From: an uncultured virus (IMG/VR IMGVR_UViG_3300027963_000064)
Taxonomy: Duplodnaviria > Heunggongvirae > Uroviricota > Caudoviricetes
DNA length: 64,000 nucleotides
Direction: 5' to 3' (one strand)
IMG/VR virus record: IMGVR_UViG_3300027963_000064
In this document: positions 38,501 to 48,921 of the stretch, piece after piece
How positions within the stretch are numbered: position 1 is the first letter of the stretch
Layout of the letters: every line of letters starts with the position of its first letter
Notes under the pieces: generated by a model
Seen by the model: only the letters and a program-made list of their open reading frames with translations
The model's database searches: none
Told to the model about the DNA's origin: nothing
Position numbers and translations under genes: made by a program

Positions 38501-38977
38501 AGTAAAAGTGCTAATTATCAAAATCCAGCAACACCAAGACCACACGCTGAACTTAATGGAGATTTAAAACTTCTTGGGGCTATTAGATTTAGCGATGCTA
38601 CATCTGTTGAGTCAGCCAGCTTCTTGCAAGATATTGCTAATCTAAGTAACAATGGATCTTCAACAGCTAGCGCACTCACTTCACTTACAAACTCATTTAA
38701 CAATTTGCTTAACGCATACAACAATTTAATCATTGAAGGCTTCGCCCAAGAAAACATAGCTGCACCACAAAACCCAAATGCCCCGACTACCGGTAGAATT
38801 AGACCAAAAGAAAAAGTTGGCGGTGTTTGGAGAGATAAGGTTGTTCCCGCTGGTCAAAATCCATTTATCTCAATTATAAATAGAGATCCTTTCTTAAAGA
38901 TTAATAGTTCTGATTATGTAATTGCTATCAAGATCAACGACGAATACAGACCGATGTGGGTAAGCTATAATAGTTAG
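35600..38977 (+). CDS. Large fibre/spike protein with NTAxG beta-helix repeats
   Basis: Two blocks of N(S/T)A(I/L)G..AL repeats. Confidence 0.7.
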   Translation: MILSKPQLVENIAREISDNSTGQISPHDIRHNLLDIIDSVHLLTGSQNLRAKNFDTIDVRSTRAGDLTLQKLGLDGYFSVDNSAFGFSALNSNYQGSKNTAIGSYSLSCNIYGEDNAALGYHALAGNTNGFGNIGIGSYSLHNNKIGNFNIAIGHGAGYYVNRDTNNRLFIASHPIDETYLCGNPDGIGLVPLIQGDMSSGNLRVGIAVSGLHEGATLQISGHFHPSDSLQSFDIGHGTYRWRNIYLSQTLSFPNSNYITYDNAGNKFLISSKTVIGGPASIGGDTDVSGNLVATGHADFGSYMNVGGKLDVNGRIDVSGSFKPKVSSAFNLGDFDKRWLNAYVDNIYVSGVGRFKRFEAVEQAHYLHKTVHLASSGYINTIDGGGPNGLYDYYNPNEENVLPVGYLIDEELNGAGFNVRSRGVDYERTYEFTFHSQDSALKNLSIDNPYSRSYWNSNISIHTNSGCHIRTDRIINSDVIAAVTYNDGLGYFIARGKTYSTNEHNLSSNLAGIGNVNFIAHSGEQDKYTITFASPASGVNINQRLLSNVKIKAIDQETNKEKLTGFETSYISDSQLTQPIFFNEQVGQNPSRLVIKSYNNSSYAKRSFTLLQDAADGFVGISNFGYSDNMLPDTILNIRSTGNAIIRATAENQGSTVSALQLLGKENCLKYGTELEYLNNSGMFNINIYSDENKISFVKAMDSGRVSIFNSGIPHAMVTVGDRDNQEAVLSLYHCSGIPSGYANYAQVFTKAKSDASQASSLNFVDASGNIFEVVMNSIDIGGQNLDKPLLADNSGNTFGGRFSPNSKANLAMSTNNTALGYRALSYIAGGNNNTAIGYNAGSGISTGSNNVILGYNSARSIKNGSNNIVIGNNLLNTYPSGSSNNFVLGSDNNILMSGNLTTKNMIMPEGKLFLTNTSNESIKVQANLIEVIDSGGSNYPDNKLVFKFSGNNSSDLLKLDHNANPVSKSANYQNPATPRPHAELNGDLKLLGAIRFSDATSVESASFLQDIANLSNNGSSTASALTSLTNSFNNLLNAYNNLIIEGFAQENIAAPQNPNAPTTGRIRPKEKVGGVWRDKVVPAGQNPFISIINRDPFLKINSSDYVIAIKINDEYRPMWVSYNS

Positions 38978-38981
38978 TTAT

Positions 38982-39731
38982 ATGAATGAAGACTGTTTTA
39001 TCAATGAAGATTGTCAAAGGCCAAAATTAGCTGGCAAAAAACATGATCCACTACTAGATGTTCCAACAAGACCATATTTAGATTTACCCACTCAGACGGC
39101 ATCAACAACCACCACGACCACAACAACGACCATTACTCCATATGATCCAGAACTTCTTGATCTTATTGTAATTCCAGTGAGTGGTAAAGCTTGCCCAATC
39201 ATTTTAGTTCCACCAACAACTACAACTACCACTACAACTATTAATCCATTATATGTTCTAGGAGGATTAAAGGGCAAATTTAACACATCTAGCGATTCAA
39301 TGTCAACTATTAGCGAAGGCAATGTTGGCATAGATATACCAATATCTGGAGGTGTAGTTTTATCAAATATTAGCTATAACAATGCTGGAGATTATTACAG
39401 CTTTCTTGCTTTTGGATATTTTAGGCCACCTGTAAATGGAACGTATACATTTTCCACAACTAGTGATGATGGTAGCGCAGTTTGGCTCGGCGTACTAGCC
39501 AACATAGATAATGGACGCAATATTACAAACGCATTAATTAATAACAATATTACTGGCGCTCAAGGTGCTACCAAAAAAAGTGCTTCTATTTTACTTACTG
39601 GAAATACATTTTATCCAATTAGAATTGTACATAGGGATGGAATACTTCAAGACGGTTTAACATTTTTTTGGAGCGGGCCAAACATAGAGGAAACAACAAA
39701 TTTAACTGAATATTTTTATTACGACAAATAA
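38982..39731 (+). CDS. PA14-like domain protein with poly-Thr linkers
   Basis: GYF.PP..GTYTF...SDDGS.VW...YPIRI...FFWSGP. Confidence 0.75.
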   Translation: MNEDCFINEDCQRPKLAGKKHDPLLDVPTRPYLDLPTQTASTTTTTTTTTITPYDPELLDLIVIPVSGKACPIILVPPTTTTTTTTINPLYVLGGLKGKFNTSSDSMSTISEGNVGIDIPISGGVVLSNISYNNAGDYYSFLAFGYFRPPVNGTYTFSTTSDDGSAVWLGVLANIDNGRNITNALINNNITGAQGATKKSASILLTGNTFYPIRIVHRDGILQDGLTFFWSGPNIEETTNLTEYFYYDK

Positions 39732-39740
39732 GGACGGGTT

Positions 39741-42071
39741 ATGGCTAACGCAATAGGTTTAGCTGGATGGGAAATCGGCACCGCTAGAGGTAGAGTTGGA
39801 GCTTTTACAAAAGCTATCAATTCCCAAGACCTGAATAATGCTTTTTTTAAAAGGTTGTTCGTAAATACTGTACATTGGTCTGCTCGTAGACACTCTAATA
39901 GTATTATTCTCTTAAGCTCTGAAAATACCACATTTGACAATTTAGTTGTTGAAGTTTTGAATTCCGCTGGATATAGCACATTTATCTATGATAGATGGTA
40001 TAGCTTTAACGGTTATCCCGGAGGTCTTGGGCAATTTGTATGTATGCTACTATTGCCAAGCTACAATCCATTTGGTGGCACTAAAATGCCAGATGCTGGA
40101 CAATCCCAGATTCTTAACGAAGTCAGAAATGGTGGCATGGGTCTGATTATATCAGAATGGTTCCATTACTTGCAGTCTTTACCTTCTAAAAGGTCTTTTT
40201 CTTTTACGAGTAATCCGCTTCTTGGGTTACACGAAATTTCTCCAATCACAATAGAAGACTATATAACATATTCAGATCCAGACAAAATTGTTTTTTCAAA
40301 AAACGTTGAACAAGATAGTATTTCATACAATATTCCTGAACAGTTCACTGTTAATGCTAAAGGTTATGCAGTTGGCTACGATGGAACAATCTCACAAATA
40401 TCCACTGCTAAACCTAATGCTACTATATTTACGTTTACGGACGTTTTTGCTAGAGGCACAACTACTACCACTACTACAACAACAATAGCCCCTTCTAGAA
40501 ATATTAAGTTAAAAGTTGCAGATATCAATCTTATAGATTACTGCGGTCCACATATAGTAACTATGAATGGTCCAAGCAAAGACTATTTTTTGCTAGAAAA
40601 CAACGAGCTATTTCTCACAGAAAACACTGGCGCTACTGGTATATACAGCGTAACAATCTCTGTAGACGATTTATTTAATCCAAAAAGATTTAACACAATA
40701 CAAAAAACATACAATTTAGAGCTAGCAAGGTGCGACCCACCAATTTCTAAACCTCTTGATGGTTCCGGTCCAGCGTTTTCTTATCGTGGACTGTCTGTTA
40801 ATGGAAACAACATGCAGTCACTATGGGGCCAACAAACTCCATACGGTATCATATCACCATTCACAGACTTTTCATTAAACGGAGAGGGTTCTCCAGATGA
40901 TCCTATTGTAGCATGGCTTGGCGGGCAGCACGGAGACACCAACGCTTTGTGGCTACAGATTAATAAATCTGGACTATTAAATTGGAATCTTAGGATTTCA
41001 TCTGAACCCAACCGTGACTACGCTTCTGTGTGGATAGTAAGTGCTAGCGGAGCTAAAGCAACACAACATACGCAACAATATAATGAAGAGTATAAAAACC
41101 TAACTAAATATAAATCCCTAGTTCCAACGGTCGATACAGACGCAAACGCTGTATTCAACATGTCGCAACTTACTGGATCGTCTACCAGCGTTGGATCAAG
41201 AAACATAGATATACCACTAAATGACAAAATAAAAACATTTTTAGTAGTTACCTATGCTAAAGATGAAAAAAAGAGTATTGATGATGATAAGATATATGCT
41301 CAATTTTTTATTGGAACCACAACAACCACTACTACAACTACCACAAGTACTACACCGACACCCACAACGTCAACAACAACTACAACTACAGAGCCACCAC
41401 CAAATTACACTTACACTTTAAATTTCATAGATAATATTGATTTTGGATCAATTTCTCCATTTTCATTAACTCTTGTATATCCTCGCGGTGGTTCAGCTAT
41501 GGTTGGTTCTGTATATTACTATGTAGATCAACCGGGATATTATTTTGCAAATCAACCAGCCGTATTGAATGTTAATTCTCCAATTTCATTTTCGTACTTT
41601 TTTAATAGGATTGATTTTTATCTCAACGGTATGCCAGAAAATGGTGGATCACAAACTATTATTATTCAAGGTGTAGCTGTTCCAACTACAACAACAACCA
41701 CAACAACCACAACTACAACATTAAGACCTTGTGATAATTTAATATACGTGCTATGCAAACAAACACTAAAATGCTTAAAATCTGGAGGTAGCTGTTTGCC
41801 AAATTTAAGTGCTAGCACAAATGAAGTTGTTTTAGACTCTTGTTGTGATCTTACTCAGTCGCAGATGTTAGCGGAGTTTTTTAGAGTGTATGGCAATACT
41901 CCAAGTGTACAATTTGGAAGTAGATGCCCAAACACACCAACATCAGCATTTTCAGACTGCGCATCAGTAGACTCAGATGGAAATTGTCAAGACATCATTA
42001 ATTATGAAACTTTAGATACTATACAGTGTCGTTCATCTCAATTACCTCCAGATATTAACCCGCTACCATAA
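39741..42071 (+). CDS. Multidomain virion protein with poly-Thr linkers and Cys-rich tail
   Basis: Three Thr runs separating globular blocks. Confidence 0.65.
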   Translation: MANAIGLAGWEIGTARGRVGAFTKAINSQDLNNAFFKRLFVNTVHWSARRHSNSIILLSSENTTFDNLVVEVLNSAGYSTFIYDRWYSFNGYPGGLGQFVCMLLLPSYNPFGGTKMPDAGQSQILNEVRNGGMGLIISEWFHYLQSLPSKRSFSFTSNPLLGLHEISPITIEDYITYSDPDKIVFSKNVEQDSISYNIPEQFTVNAKGYAVGYDGTISQISTAKPNATIFTFTDVFARGTTTTTTTTTIAPSRNIKLKVADINLIDYCGPHIVTMNGPSKDYFLLENNELFLTENTGATGIYSVTISVDDLFNPKRFNTIQKTYNLELARCDPPISKPLDGSGPAFSYRGLSVNGNNMQSLWGQQTPYGIISPFTDFSLNGEGSPDDPIVAWLGGQHGDTNALWLQINKSGLLNWNLRISSEPNRDYASVWIVSASGAKATQHTQQYNEEYKNLTKYKSLVPTVDTDANAVFNMSQLTGSSTSVGSRNIDIPLNDKIKTFLVVTYAKDEKKSIDDDKIYAQFFIGTTTTTTTTTTSTTPTPTTSTTTTTTEPPPNYTYTLNFIDNIDFGSISPFSLTLVYPRGGSAMVGSVYYYVDQPGYYFANQPAVLNVNSPISFSYFFNRIDFYLNGMPENGGSQTIIIQGVAVPTTTTTTTTTTTTLRPCDNLIYVLCKQTLKCLKSGGSCLPNLSASTNEVVLDSCCDLTQSQMLAEFFRVYGNTPSVQFGSRCPNTPTSAFSDCASVDSDGNCQDIINYETLDTIQCRSSQLPPDINPLP

Positions 42072-42072
42072 A

Positions 42073-43641
42073 ATGACATCTGTACCAATAACAACAACGG
42101 TTGCTCCGCAATGTCCATGTGGATCATTATACCTACCTAAAGGTAAGACTTTTTCTACGTCTGGCTTATCTGTCTTTATAACTGCTACAAATTTAGATGC
42201 AATAATAGCTTTAGAATTAAATTTTTTACATTCAGAAGATATCTACTTAGAATCTGGAGAAAAGTTCATTACAGTTACGCCAATTATCAGAAATCATATA
42301 AGGCCAAATAAGCTACTTATATCTCACGCATCGCCCATAATTTTTAATAACGTCATACAGGTTGTTGTTAAAGATAGAGTAAGCAAAGCTATACTCGGAA
42401 CTCAATACATTGGAAAATACAATGAAGCAACCATAATAAACAGCATAATGGTAGATTTACATTCTAGCATTGATCTATATGATAGTGCTATCATTATTGA
42501 AATATATAGCTTGTGCGATAATGACTCTGATCCATGTTGTGATAAATTACCATCTGAGATAGATATAGTTGGGCCAAGATTACTATGTGTTCCTTTAGAG
42601 CAATACTACGTTCTTCCAACTACAACAACCACAACTACTCCCGAACCTTTCACAATAGAATTTTTAACTAGTCCAACAAATCAAATTGTAAATTCGACTA
42701 CCACGGCGACATTTTCTTTTAGTGCAATCTCTCTATATGACAAAAATTTTACGTATTGGTGGGAAAAATCTGAAGACGGCGGGTTATCTTGGAATAAGGC
42801 GTCACGCTTGCTTATTGGAAAATCAAGACAAGTACATACTCTTGTTGTTGCTTCATCATTACGAATGAATGGCTATAAATATAGGGTTGTAACTATTGAT
42901 CCAAAGATTAAATACAGCAATGTCGCAACACTATTTGTTATTCAGCCTACAACTACAACAGCTACTACCACAACATTTAACCCAGTTACCACCACCTTAC
43001 CGCCTTGTGATTTACAAATTTTTGGATCTAGTTCAAATACTACAACCACAAGCACAACAGGATCACCATCTTCAACAACTACATCTACAACCACAACATT
43101 GTTGCCATCTTCTGCTTCGGCATACTATTTAGTTGTAAACTCTGCATATGGTGGTAAATATTGTGAAGATGACACATACAATGGAAAACCAAAGTACAAC
43201 AAAGTTGGAACATCCTTATATATTTACTATGTTGAGACAAATTGGAGAATAAATGATGTAGGTAACTTAGGCAACTTAAGCTCCAACGTTTATGGCGTTG
43301 TGATTGGCGGAAACGCTCCACCCACTGGAATAAACTGGATTGATCAGAATACTGGAAATGATTTAATTCTTGTGAATAATTTTTATACAACTGTTGGTCA
43401 ATCTAGCTCATCATACACATTCTTACATTACGGAACAAATTTTAACGGAAAACCATTATACACAAGCCTAAATGAATATTGGCAAATGAGATACACTTCA
43501 TATTGGGTAATAGAAGATATATCTGACTCAAGCCCAATTGAATTATGGGCTAATTATTCTAGTTCTAGCACACCACCATTAAACGGATGGGTTAGTTTTA
43601 GTTCTGCCCCTCCCATCACTCTTATTGGGCCAAGCTGTTAA
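42073..43641 (+). CDS. Ig-like domain protein with Thr/Ser linkers and two C-terminal repeats
   Basis: P.NQ.V....TATF...Y.W..S.DGG..W...NGYKYRV; two NGKP.Y...PP..GW repeats. Confidence 0.65.
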   Translation: MTSVPITTTVAPQCPCGSLYLPKGKTFSTSGLSVFITATNLDAIIALELNFLHSEDIYLESGEKFITVTPIIRNHIRPNKLLISHASPIIFNNVIQVVVKDRVSKAILGTQYIGKYNEATIINSIMVDLHSSIDLYDSAIIIEIYSLCDNDSDPCCDKLPSEIDIVGPRLLCVPLEQYYVLPTTTTTTTPEPFTIEFLTSPTNQIVNSTTTATFSFSAISLYDKNFTYWWEKSEDGGLSWNKASRLLIGKSRQVHTLVVASSLRMNGYKYRVVTIDPKIKYSNVATLFVIQPTTTTATTTTFNPVTTTLPPCDLQIFGSSSNTTTTSTTGSPSSTTTSTTTTLLPSSASAYYLVVNSAYGGKYCEDDTYNGKPKYNKVGTSLYIYYVETNWRINDVGNLGNLSSNVYGVVIGGNAPPTGINWIDQNTGNDLILVNNFYTTVGQSSSSYTFLHYGTNFNGKPLYTSLNEYWQMRYTSYWVIEDISDSSPIELWANYSSSSTPPLNGWVSFSSAPPITLIGPSC

Positions 43642-43646
43642 ATACT

Positions 43647-44078
43647 ATGATAATCACAACAGACAAAAAATACTTAATATTCAGATGCGCAGAGCGTGGA
43701 TATTCAATAGAAGAAGTTATGCCATGTGTTATAACTCAAGATGGAGATAATTGGACTATAGACACATCTCACCCAAGTTATCCAAGTTCTGCAAAAGTTC
43801 AAAAAGTAGAAATAGAAAGGGGCGTTGGTACAGAGTTAAAAAAGCTATTAAAACTAATAGGAATTACATCTTCACCAACATGCTCTTGCAATGCTAGAGC
43901 TAAAACCATGAACGAAAACGGTATACAGTGGTGCGAAGATAACAAAGATACAATAGCTGTATGGCTAGAAGAAGAAGCTAATAAAAGAAATTTACCATTT
44001 TCATCATATTTAGCTACAATATTAATCAATTTTGCCATCAAAAAAGCTAAAAAGTCCCAGACCAAACAAATATCATAA
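43647..44078 (+). CDS. Cys-containing hypothetical protein (GVGTEL...CSC..R...MN)
   Basis: Motif shared with ORF 4346..4582. Confidence 0.65.
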   Translation: MIITTDKKYLIFRCAERGYSIEEVMPCVITQDGDNWTIDTSHPSYPSSAKVQKVEIERGVGTELKKLLKLIGITSSPTCSCNARAKTMNENGIQWCEDNKDTIAVWLEEEANKRNLPFSSYLATILINFAIKKAKKSQTKQIS

Positions 44079-44122
44079 ATGTGTAAAAATTACTAGAGAA
44101 TTACACCAACAAGCGAAATACT

Positions 44123-46372
44123 ATGTTAAAATTAGCTGATAGAGTAAAAGAAACATCTATTACAGTTGGAAATGGTCTACAAATAGCCCTAGCTGGGGCT
44201 TTTGGAGCTTTTCAGACTTTTGCTAGCACCATTGGTGATGGCAATTCTACATATTATACCATAGAAAATAACAGTAATTTTGAAGTTGGCGTTGGAACAT
44301 ACAATAGCGGCAGTAATACGCTATCTAGAGATTTGGTTCTTAGCAGCACCAATAATAATCAAAGAATCTCACTAGATGGCGTATCTATAGTTTTTTGTTG
44401 CTATCCAGCTAGTCAAGCTGTACTTTTAGATAATGGACGCATTAACTCACCAAGCCCCAATTATAATGGTATAGTATTTCCTAGCAGTACAGTTATTGAT
44501 ACCGCCCTATTAAGTGGCATTGTTTCTACATCTATTTTACCAACCAGCATTGTTTATTCTAATGATAATAGATTATCTGACAATCGCAATCCAAATCCAC
44601 ATTCTCATACGTCTTCACAAATTACAGATTTTGCTGCGGCAGTAAGTTCAGTTGCGCCACCAACAATAAATGCTGAATTGCTAACTACTGGCATACTATC
44701 CGACGATAGATTATCTAACAATATTGTAAGAACATCTGATAGTAGGCTTTCTGATGCTAGAACTCCAGTTACACATTCTCATAGTATTAATGATATTACT
44801 AATCTACAATCTTCTTTAGATTCTAAGCAGGCCAGCGGTAATTATGCTTTGTTTAATCATCAACATTTGATTGCCGATGTAAGCGGTTTACAGTCAGCAT
44901 TAAATAATAAACAGGCTTCTGGCAGTTACGCATCAAGCACACATACCCACCTAGCTTCCGATATTACAGACTTTGCTTCTGCGGTAAATACCTATGCACC
45001 ACCAACCGTTGATGCTAGCTTGCTTACCACGGGAGTGCTATCAGATAGCAGACTCTCTAATAATATAGTTAGAACAACAGACGCAAGATTATCTGATGCA
45101 AGAACCCCACTTTCTCATAATCATAATATTTCAGACGTTAGTGGATTACAGACCGCTCTTGACTCAAAACAGGCAAGCGGTAATTACGCTGCCTCAAGTC
45201 ACACACATGCTATATCAAGTGTAAGCGGTTTACAATCAGCGTTAGATGGTAAGCAACCCAGCGGTAGTTATGCTGCTCTTTCGCACACCCATACTTCCAG
45301 CAATATAACAGATTTTAATTCCAGCGTTAGCGGACTAGTTAGTGGTATATACGCTCCTCTTAGTAGCCCAACATTAACTGGCGTTCCACTTACACCAACT
45401 GCTTCCAGTGGAACAAATACTAACCAAATTGCATCAACCTCATTTGTTAGAAATGAAATTAGCAATCTAGTAGCATCCGCTCCTTCTACATTAGACACAC
45501 TAAATGAATTAGCAACAGCCCTAGGTAACGATCCTAATTTTGCTACCACTGTAACAAATAGTTTAGCCAACAAAGCAGCTTTAGCCGGTGCTTCATTTAC
45601 TGGCGCAATTGCATCCCCAAGCGGATCTTTTACTTCATCTTTGAAAGTTAATAATATAGATGTTAGCCTTAATGGTCACGGTCATAGTGTTAGCGATATA
45701 TCTGGATTACAAACTTCATTAGATGGCAAACAACCTTCTGGTAGCTATGCTTCATTAAGCCACACTCATTCAATAGCAAATGTAAGCGGACTGCAAACAG
45801 CCTTGGACGGGAAGCAACCTTCTGGTAGCTACGCTGCCCTCAGTCACAACCATGTAATAGCAGATGTAAGCGGATTGCAAACAGCCTTGGACGGGAAGCA
45901 ACCTTCTGGTAGCTACGCTGCCCTCAGTCACAACCATGTAATAGCAGATGTAAGCGGATTGCAAACAGCCTTGGATGGGAAGCAACCATCTGGTAGCTAT
46001 GCTGAAAGCTCACACACTCATACTTCATCTAATATTACAGATTTTAATAGTTCTGTTAGTGGACTATTACCAGTTAAAAATATAGTAGCTGGTAGTGGCA
46101 TTAGTATATCATCAGTTAGTGGAACATATACCATCAATAATGCCTCCGGCGTATCAATAACAAATTTTGGTTCTAATAGAGTATTAATTTCCGATGGAAC
46201 ATCCACTGGAATCAATGCACAGACCAGTTTGACCTTTAATGGATCACTCTTAACGTCTCCAAGCGGATCGTTTACTAACAATCTTGCAGTTGGTTCTAAT
46301 AATTTGACACCAACCAAGACCCGAGATATAATCAATAGTTCAAATCTTTATTTATGGTCAACTTTCAGATAG
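44123..46372 (+). CDS. Tail fibre protein with HxH repeats
   Basis: H.H.I.DVSGLQ.ALD.KQ repeats, DxRLSDARTP, SAPSTLDTLNELATALGNDPNFATT. Confidence 0.85.
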   Translation: MLKLADRVKETSITVGNGLQIALAGAFGAFQTFASTIGDGNSTYYTIENNSNFEVGVGTYNSGSNTLSRDLVLSSTNNNQRISLDGVSIVFCCYPASQAVLLDNGRINSPSPNYNGIVFPSSTVIDTALLSGIVSTSILPTSIVYSNDNRLSDNRNPNPHSHTSSQITDFAAAVSSVAPPTINAELLTTGILSDDRLSNNIVRTSDSRLSDARTPVTHSHSINDITNLQSSLDSKQASGNYALFNHQHLIADVSGLQSALNNKQASGSYASSTHTHLASDITDFASAVNTYAPPTVDASLLTTGVLSDSRLSNNIVRTTDARLSDARTPLSHNHNISDVSGLQTALDSKQASGNYAASSHTHAISSVSGLQSALDGKQPSGSYAALSHTHTSSNITDFNSSVSGLVSGIYAPLSSPTLTGVPLTPTASSGTNTNQIASTSFVRNEISNLVASAPSTLDTLNELATALGNDPNFATTVTNSLANKAALAGASFTGAIASPSGSFTSSLKVNNIDVSLNGHGHSVSDISGLQTSLDGKQPSGSYASLSHTHSIANVSGLQTALDGKQPSGSYAALSHNHVIADVSGLQTALDGKQPSGSYAALSHNHVIADVSGLQTALDGKQPSGSYAESSHTHTSSNITDFNSSVSGLLPVKNIVAGSGISISSVSGTYTINNASGVSITNFGSNRVLISDGTSTGINAQTSLTFNGSLLTSPSGSFTNNLAVGSNNLTPTKTRDIINSSNLYLWSTFR
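45773..46020 (+). repeat. Near-identical 84-bp (28 aa) tandem repeats
   Basis: Units start at 45773, 45857 and 45941. Confidence 0.9.
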
Positions 46373-46381
46373 GAGTTTATT

Positions 46382-46765
46382 ATGGCAAGTAGTCCAGTAT
46401 TCGCAGTAACACCAGAAATAGGAATGGGTCAAGTAAGCGTAGCAAATACCAATAGAGACGGAACAACAGGAACTTATGTTAATTTAGTTACTGCCGCCGC
46501 TAGCGGAACAAGAATAGCAGAAATTGTTACACAAGCTACAGTAACTACCACCGCTGGTATGGTTAGGCTTTTTTTAACAGATGGATCAACAACCAGAATG
46601 TTCGATGAAATAGCCATATCTGCCGCTACCGTTTCTGCTAGCGTCAAGGGAAATAGAGTTAGTACACTATATACTAATTTAGTACTTCCTAGCGGATGGA
46701 GTATGAAAGCCTCCACACATAACGCTGAAGCTATCAACGTATTTGCGCTAGGAGCAGATTTGTGA
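46382..46765 (+). CDS. Small virion/fibre-associated protein
   Basis: AGGAG RBS; beta-rich; ANTNRDGTTG motif. Confidence 0.65.
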   Translation: MASSPVFAVTPEIGMGQVSVANTNRDGTTGTYVNLVTAAASGTRIAEIVTQATVTTTAGMVRLFLTDGSTTRMFDEIAISAATVSASVKGNRVSTLYTNLVLPSGWSMKASTHNAEAINVFALGADL

Positions 46766-48921
46766 ATAATGGTATTTTTGGTGGTGATTTTCCTCCAAGT
46801 CGTTCATTAATAAATAATGGAGTATTAGAAACTCCATTTAGTCCAATCCCAACAACATATGGGCAAGCATCAAATAGAGGGGTTGGTATTAATTATGACA
46901 ATTTAGTGTTTTTGTTTGATACTAGACTTGAGGCTGATAATATTGTAAGTTTTTCTTTTAGTGGTACCGTAAATTGTTTTGTAGATTGGGGCGATGGTGT
47001 TGTAGAAACTTTTAGAACCACAGGAACAAAAACACACACCTATCCCAGTAAAGGCTTATATACTGTTCAGATAGGAGGAACACTATCTGGTATTAGTTTT
47101 AACTTAATGACCGGTAGATACAAACTAATTAGTTGTTTATCTTTTGGTAATTTGTCGCTATTAAGTTCTTGTACATTTACTGGGTGTGCTTTTCTTACTA
47201 GTGTTCCAAACCAAATTCCAAGAACATTTACTAGTTTGTCTAACATGTTTAATGGATGTTCTAGATTCAATAGTCCATCCGTTATAACATGGGATACTAG
47301 TCGTATTACTAATATGAGCTACGCCTTTGCTGTACAAACCTCTTTCAATCAGCCTATTGGGGGATGGAATACTAGTAGGGTTACAAATATGGACAATATG
47401 TTTTTTCAAAGTTCTTTTAATCAACCCATTGGAGGATGGAATACCGGTTCAGTTACAACTATGGGTAATATGTTTGCAGAGTGTTATACTAATGCTTTTA
47501 ACCAAGATATTGATGCTTGGGACGTTAGTAATGTTACTAATATGTCTCAAATGTTTTATGTTAATCAAGGCATGAATCGTAGTTTAAACTCTTGGAATAC
47601 AAGCAAAGTAACAAGTATGAGCTTAATGTTTTATCAAGCTCAAGTATTTAATGGAAATATTGGTAATTGGAATACTAGTTCTGTCAATTATATGAATGAT
47701 ATGTTTTTTCAGGCTTATTCTTTCAATAAGGATATTAGTAATTGGAACTTTAAAGGAATTAATGCTATTGGTAATTTAGATAGATTTATGACACAAGCTA
47801 ATTCATTTAGTACTACTAATTATAATGCTCTTCTTATATCCATGAATAGCAACAAATCATCCGCTCCATATAGATCAGATTTAAGGCCGGGGTTTTCCTC
47901 TACATATACTGCTAGTAGCGCAGCAGCCGCTGCGCGGGCAGCTTTAGTAACTTATGGATGGACCATTACAGATGGGGGAACAGTTAATGCCGCCCCAGAT
48001 GCTCCAACATCAGTATCTGGAACCGCTGGAAATACTCAAGTATCTTTAACTTGGGCGGCACCAACCTATAATAATGGAGCAGCAATAACGGACTATACAA
48101 TACAATATAGTAGTAATTCAGGATCATCGTGGTCCACATTTAGTCATGCCGCCTCAACTGCAACATCTATTACAGTTACGGGACTTACAAATAGTACAAC
48201 TTATATATTCAGAGTTGCTGCCGTAAACTCCGTAGGAACTGGATCTTATTCAGATAACAGTAGCTCTGCTACGCCAGTGTTAGCATCTTTTACTCCAACT
48301 GCTGTGTTACTTACTAGTGGAACGTCATATACTGTTCCTACTGGAGCTACAACCATGAAAGCATGGGCGGTGGGCGCAGGAGGAAACTCATATTATTACG
48401 GATCACCGGTTGCTGGTGCTGGTGGGTGTGCGTATAAGACATGGGCTGTTTCTGGCGGGCAGTCGGTGACGTATGCCTGCGGGGCTGTACAGCCGGTGAA
48501 CGGCACGGGTGGCTCATCCTCTGTTACGTTTGGTGGTGTTACTATCACCGGTATTGGTGGTGGCCGCACAGGAGACGGTGGAGCTTATTCTGGTGGGGAT
48601 GGTGGAGCAAATGGAGGTAGCGGAGTCCTATTTGGCGGAGGGCTTGTTGCTGGTCAAGGCTCTGCCGGTGGAGCCGTGGGAGGAAACGGAACAAGACAAG
48701 CATGCGGTCGTTTCATTGCTACCGATGTTAGCGGATTACTATCGGCAGTTGCTCTTGCTGGGGGCAAGGTAACGGAGGACTGTGGAGCAATCGCAGCATT
48801 TGGTGCGGGCGGATATAATGATAAATACACAACTAAAAACGCAGGCATAGGCGGCGGATTTGCAACAGGTTTCGCCAATGCGAATGCGGGAGGAGGAGCA
48901 GTAGTGCTTTATTTTACATGA
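46762..48921 (+). CDS. DUF285/BspA-like repeat + fibronectin type III + Gly-rich receptor-binding-like protein
   Basis: FNQPIGGWNTS.VTNM..MF repeats; APDAP...VSLTW.AP...Y.FRVAAVN..G.G.YS; Gly-rich C-terminus. Confidence 0.8.
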   Translation: MNNGIFGGDFPPSRSLINNGVLETPFSPIPTTYGQASNRGVGINYDNLVFLFDTRLEADNIVSFSFSGTVNCFVDWGDGVVETFRTTGTKTHTYPSKGLYTVQIGGTLSGISFNLMTGRYKLISCLSFGNLSLLSSCTFTGCAFLTSVPNQIPRTFTSLSNMFNGCSRFNSPSVITWDTSRITNMSYAFAVQTSFNQPIGGWNTSRVTNMDNMFFQSSFNQPIGGWNTGSVTTMGNMFAECYTNAFNQDIDAWDVSNVTNMSQMFYVNQGMNRSLNSWNTSKVTSMSLMFYQAQVFNGNIGNWNTSSVNYMNDMFFQAYSFNKDISNWNFKGINAIGNLDRFMTQANSFSTTNYNALLISMNSNKSSAPYRSDLRPGFSSTYTASSAAAAARAALVTYGWTITDGGTVNAAPDAPTSVSGTAGNTQVSLTWAAPTYNNGAAITDYTIQYSSNSGSSWSTFSHAASTATSITVTGLTNSTTYIFRVAAVNSVGTGSYSDNSSSATPVLASFTPTAVLLTSGTSYTVPTGATTMKAWAVGAGGNSYYYGSPVAGAGGCAYKTWAVSGGQSVTYACGAVQPVNGTGGSSSVTFGGVTITGIGGGRTGDGGAYSGGDGGANGGSGVLFGGGLVAGQGSAGGAVGGNGTRQACGRFIATDVSGLLSAVALAGGKVTEDCGAIAAFGAGGYNDKYTTKNAGIGGGFATGFANANAGGGAVVLYFT

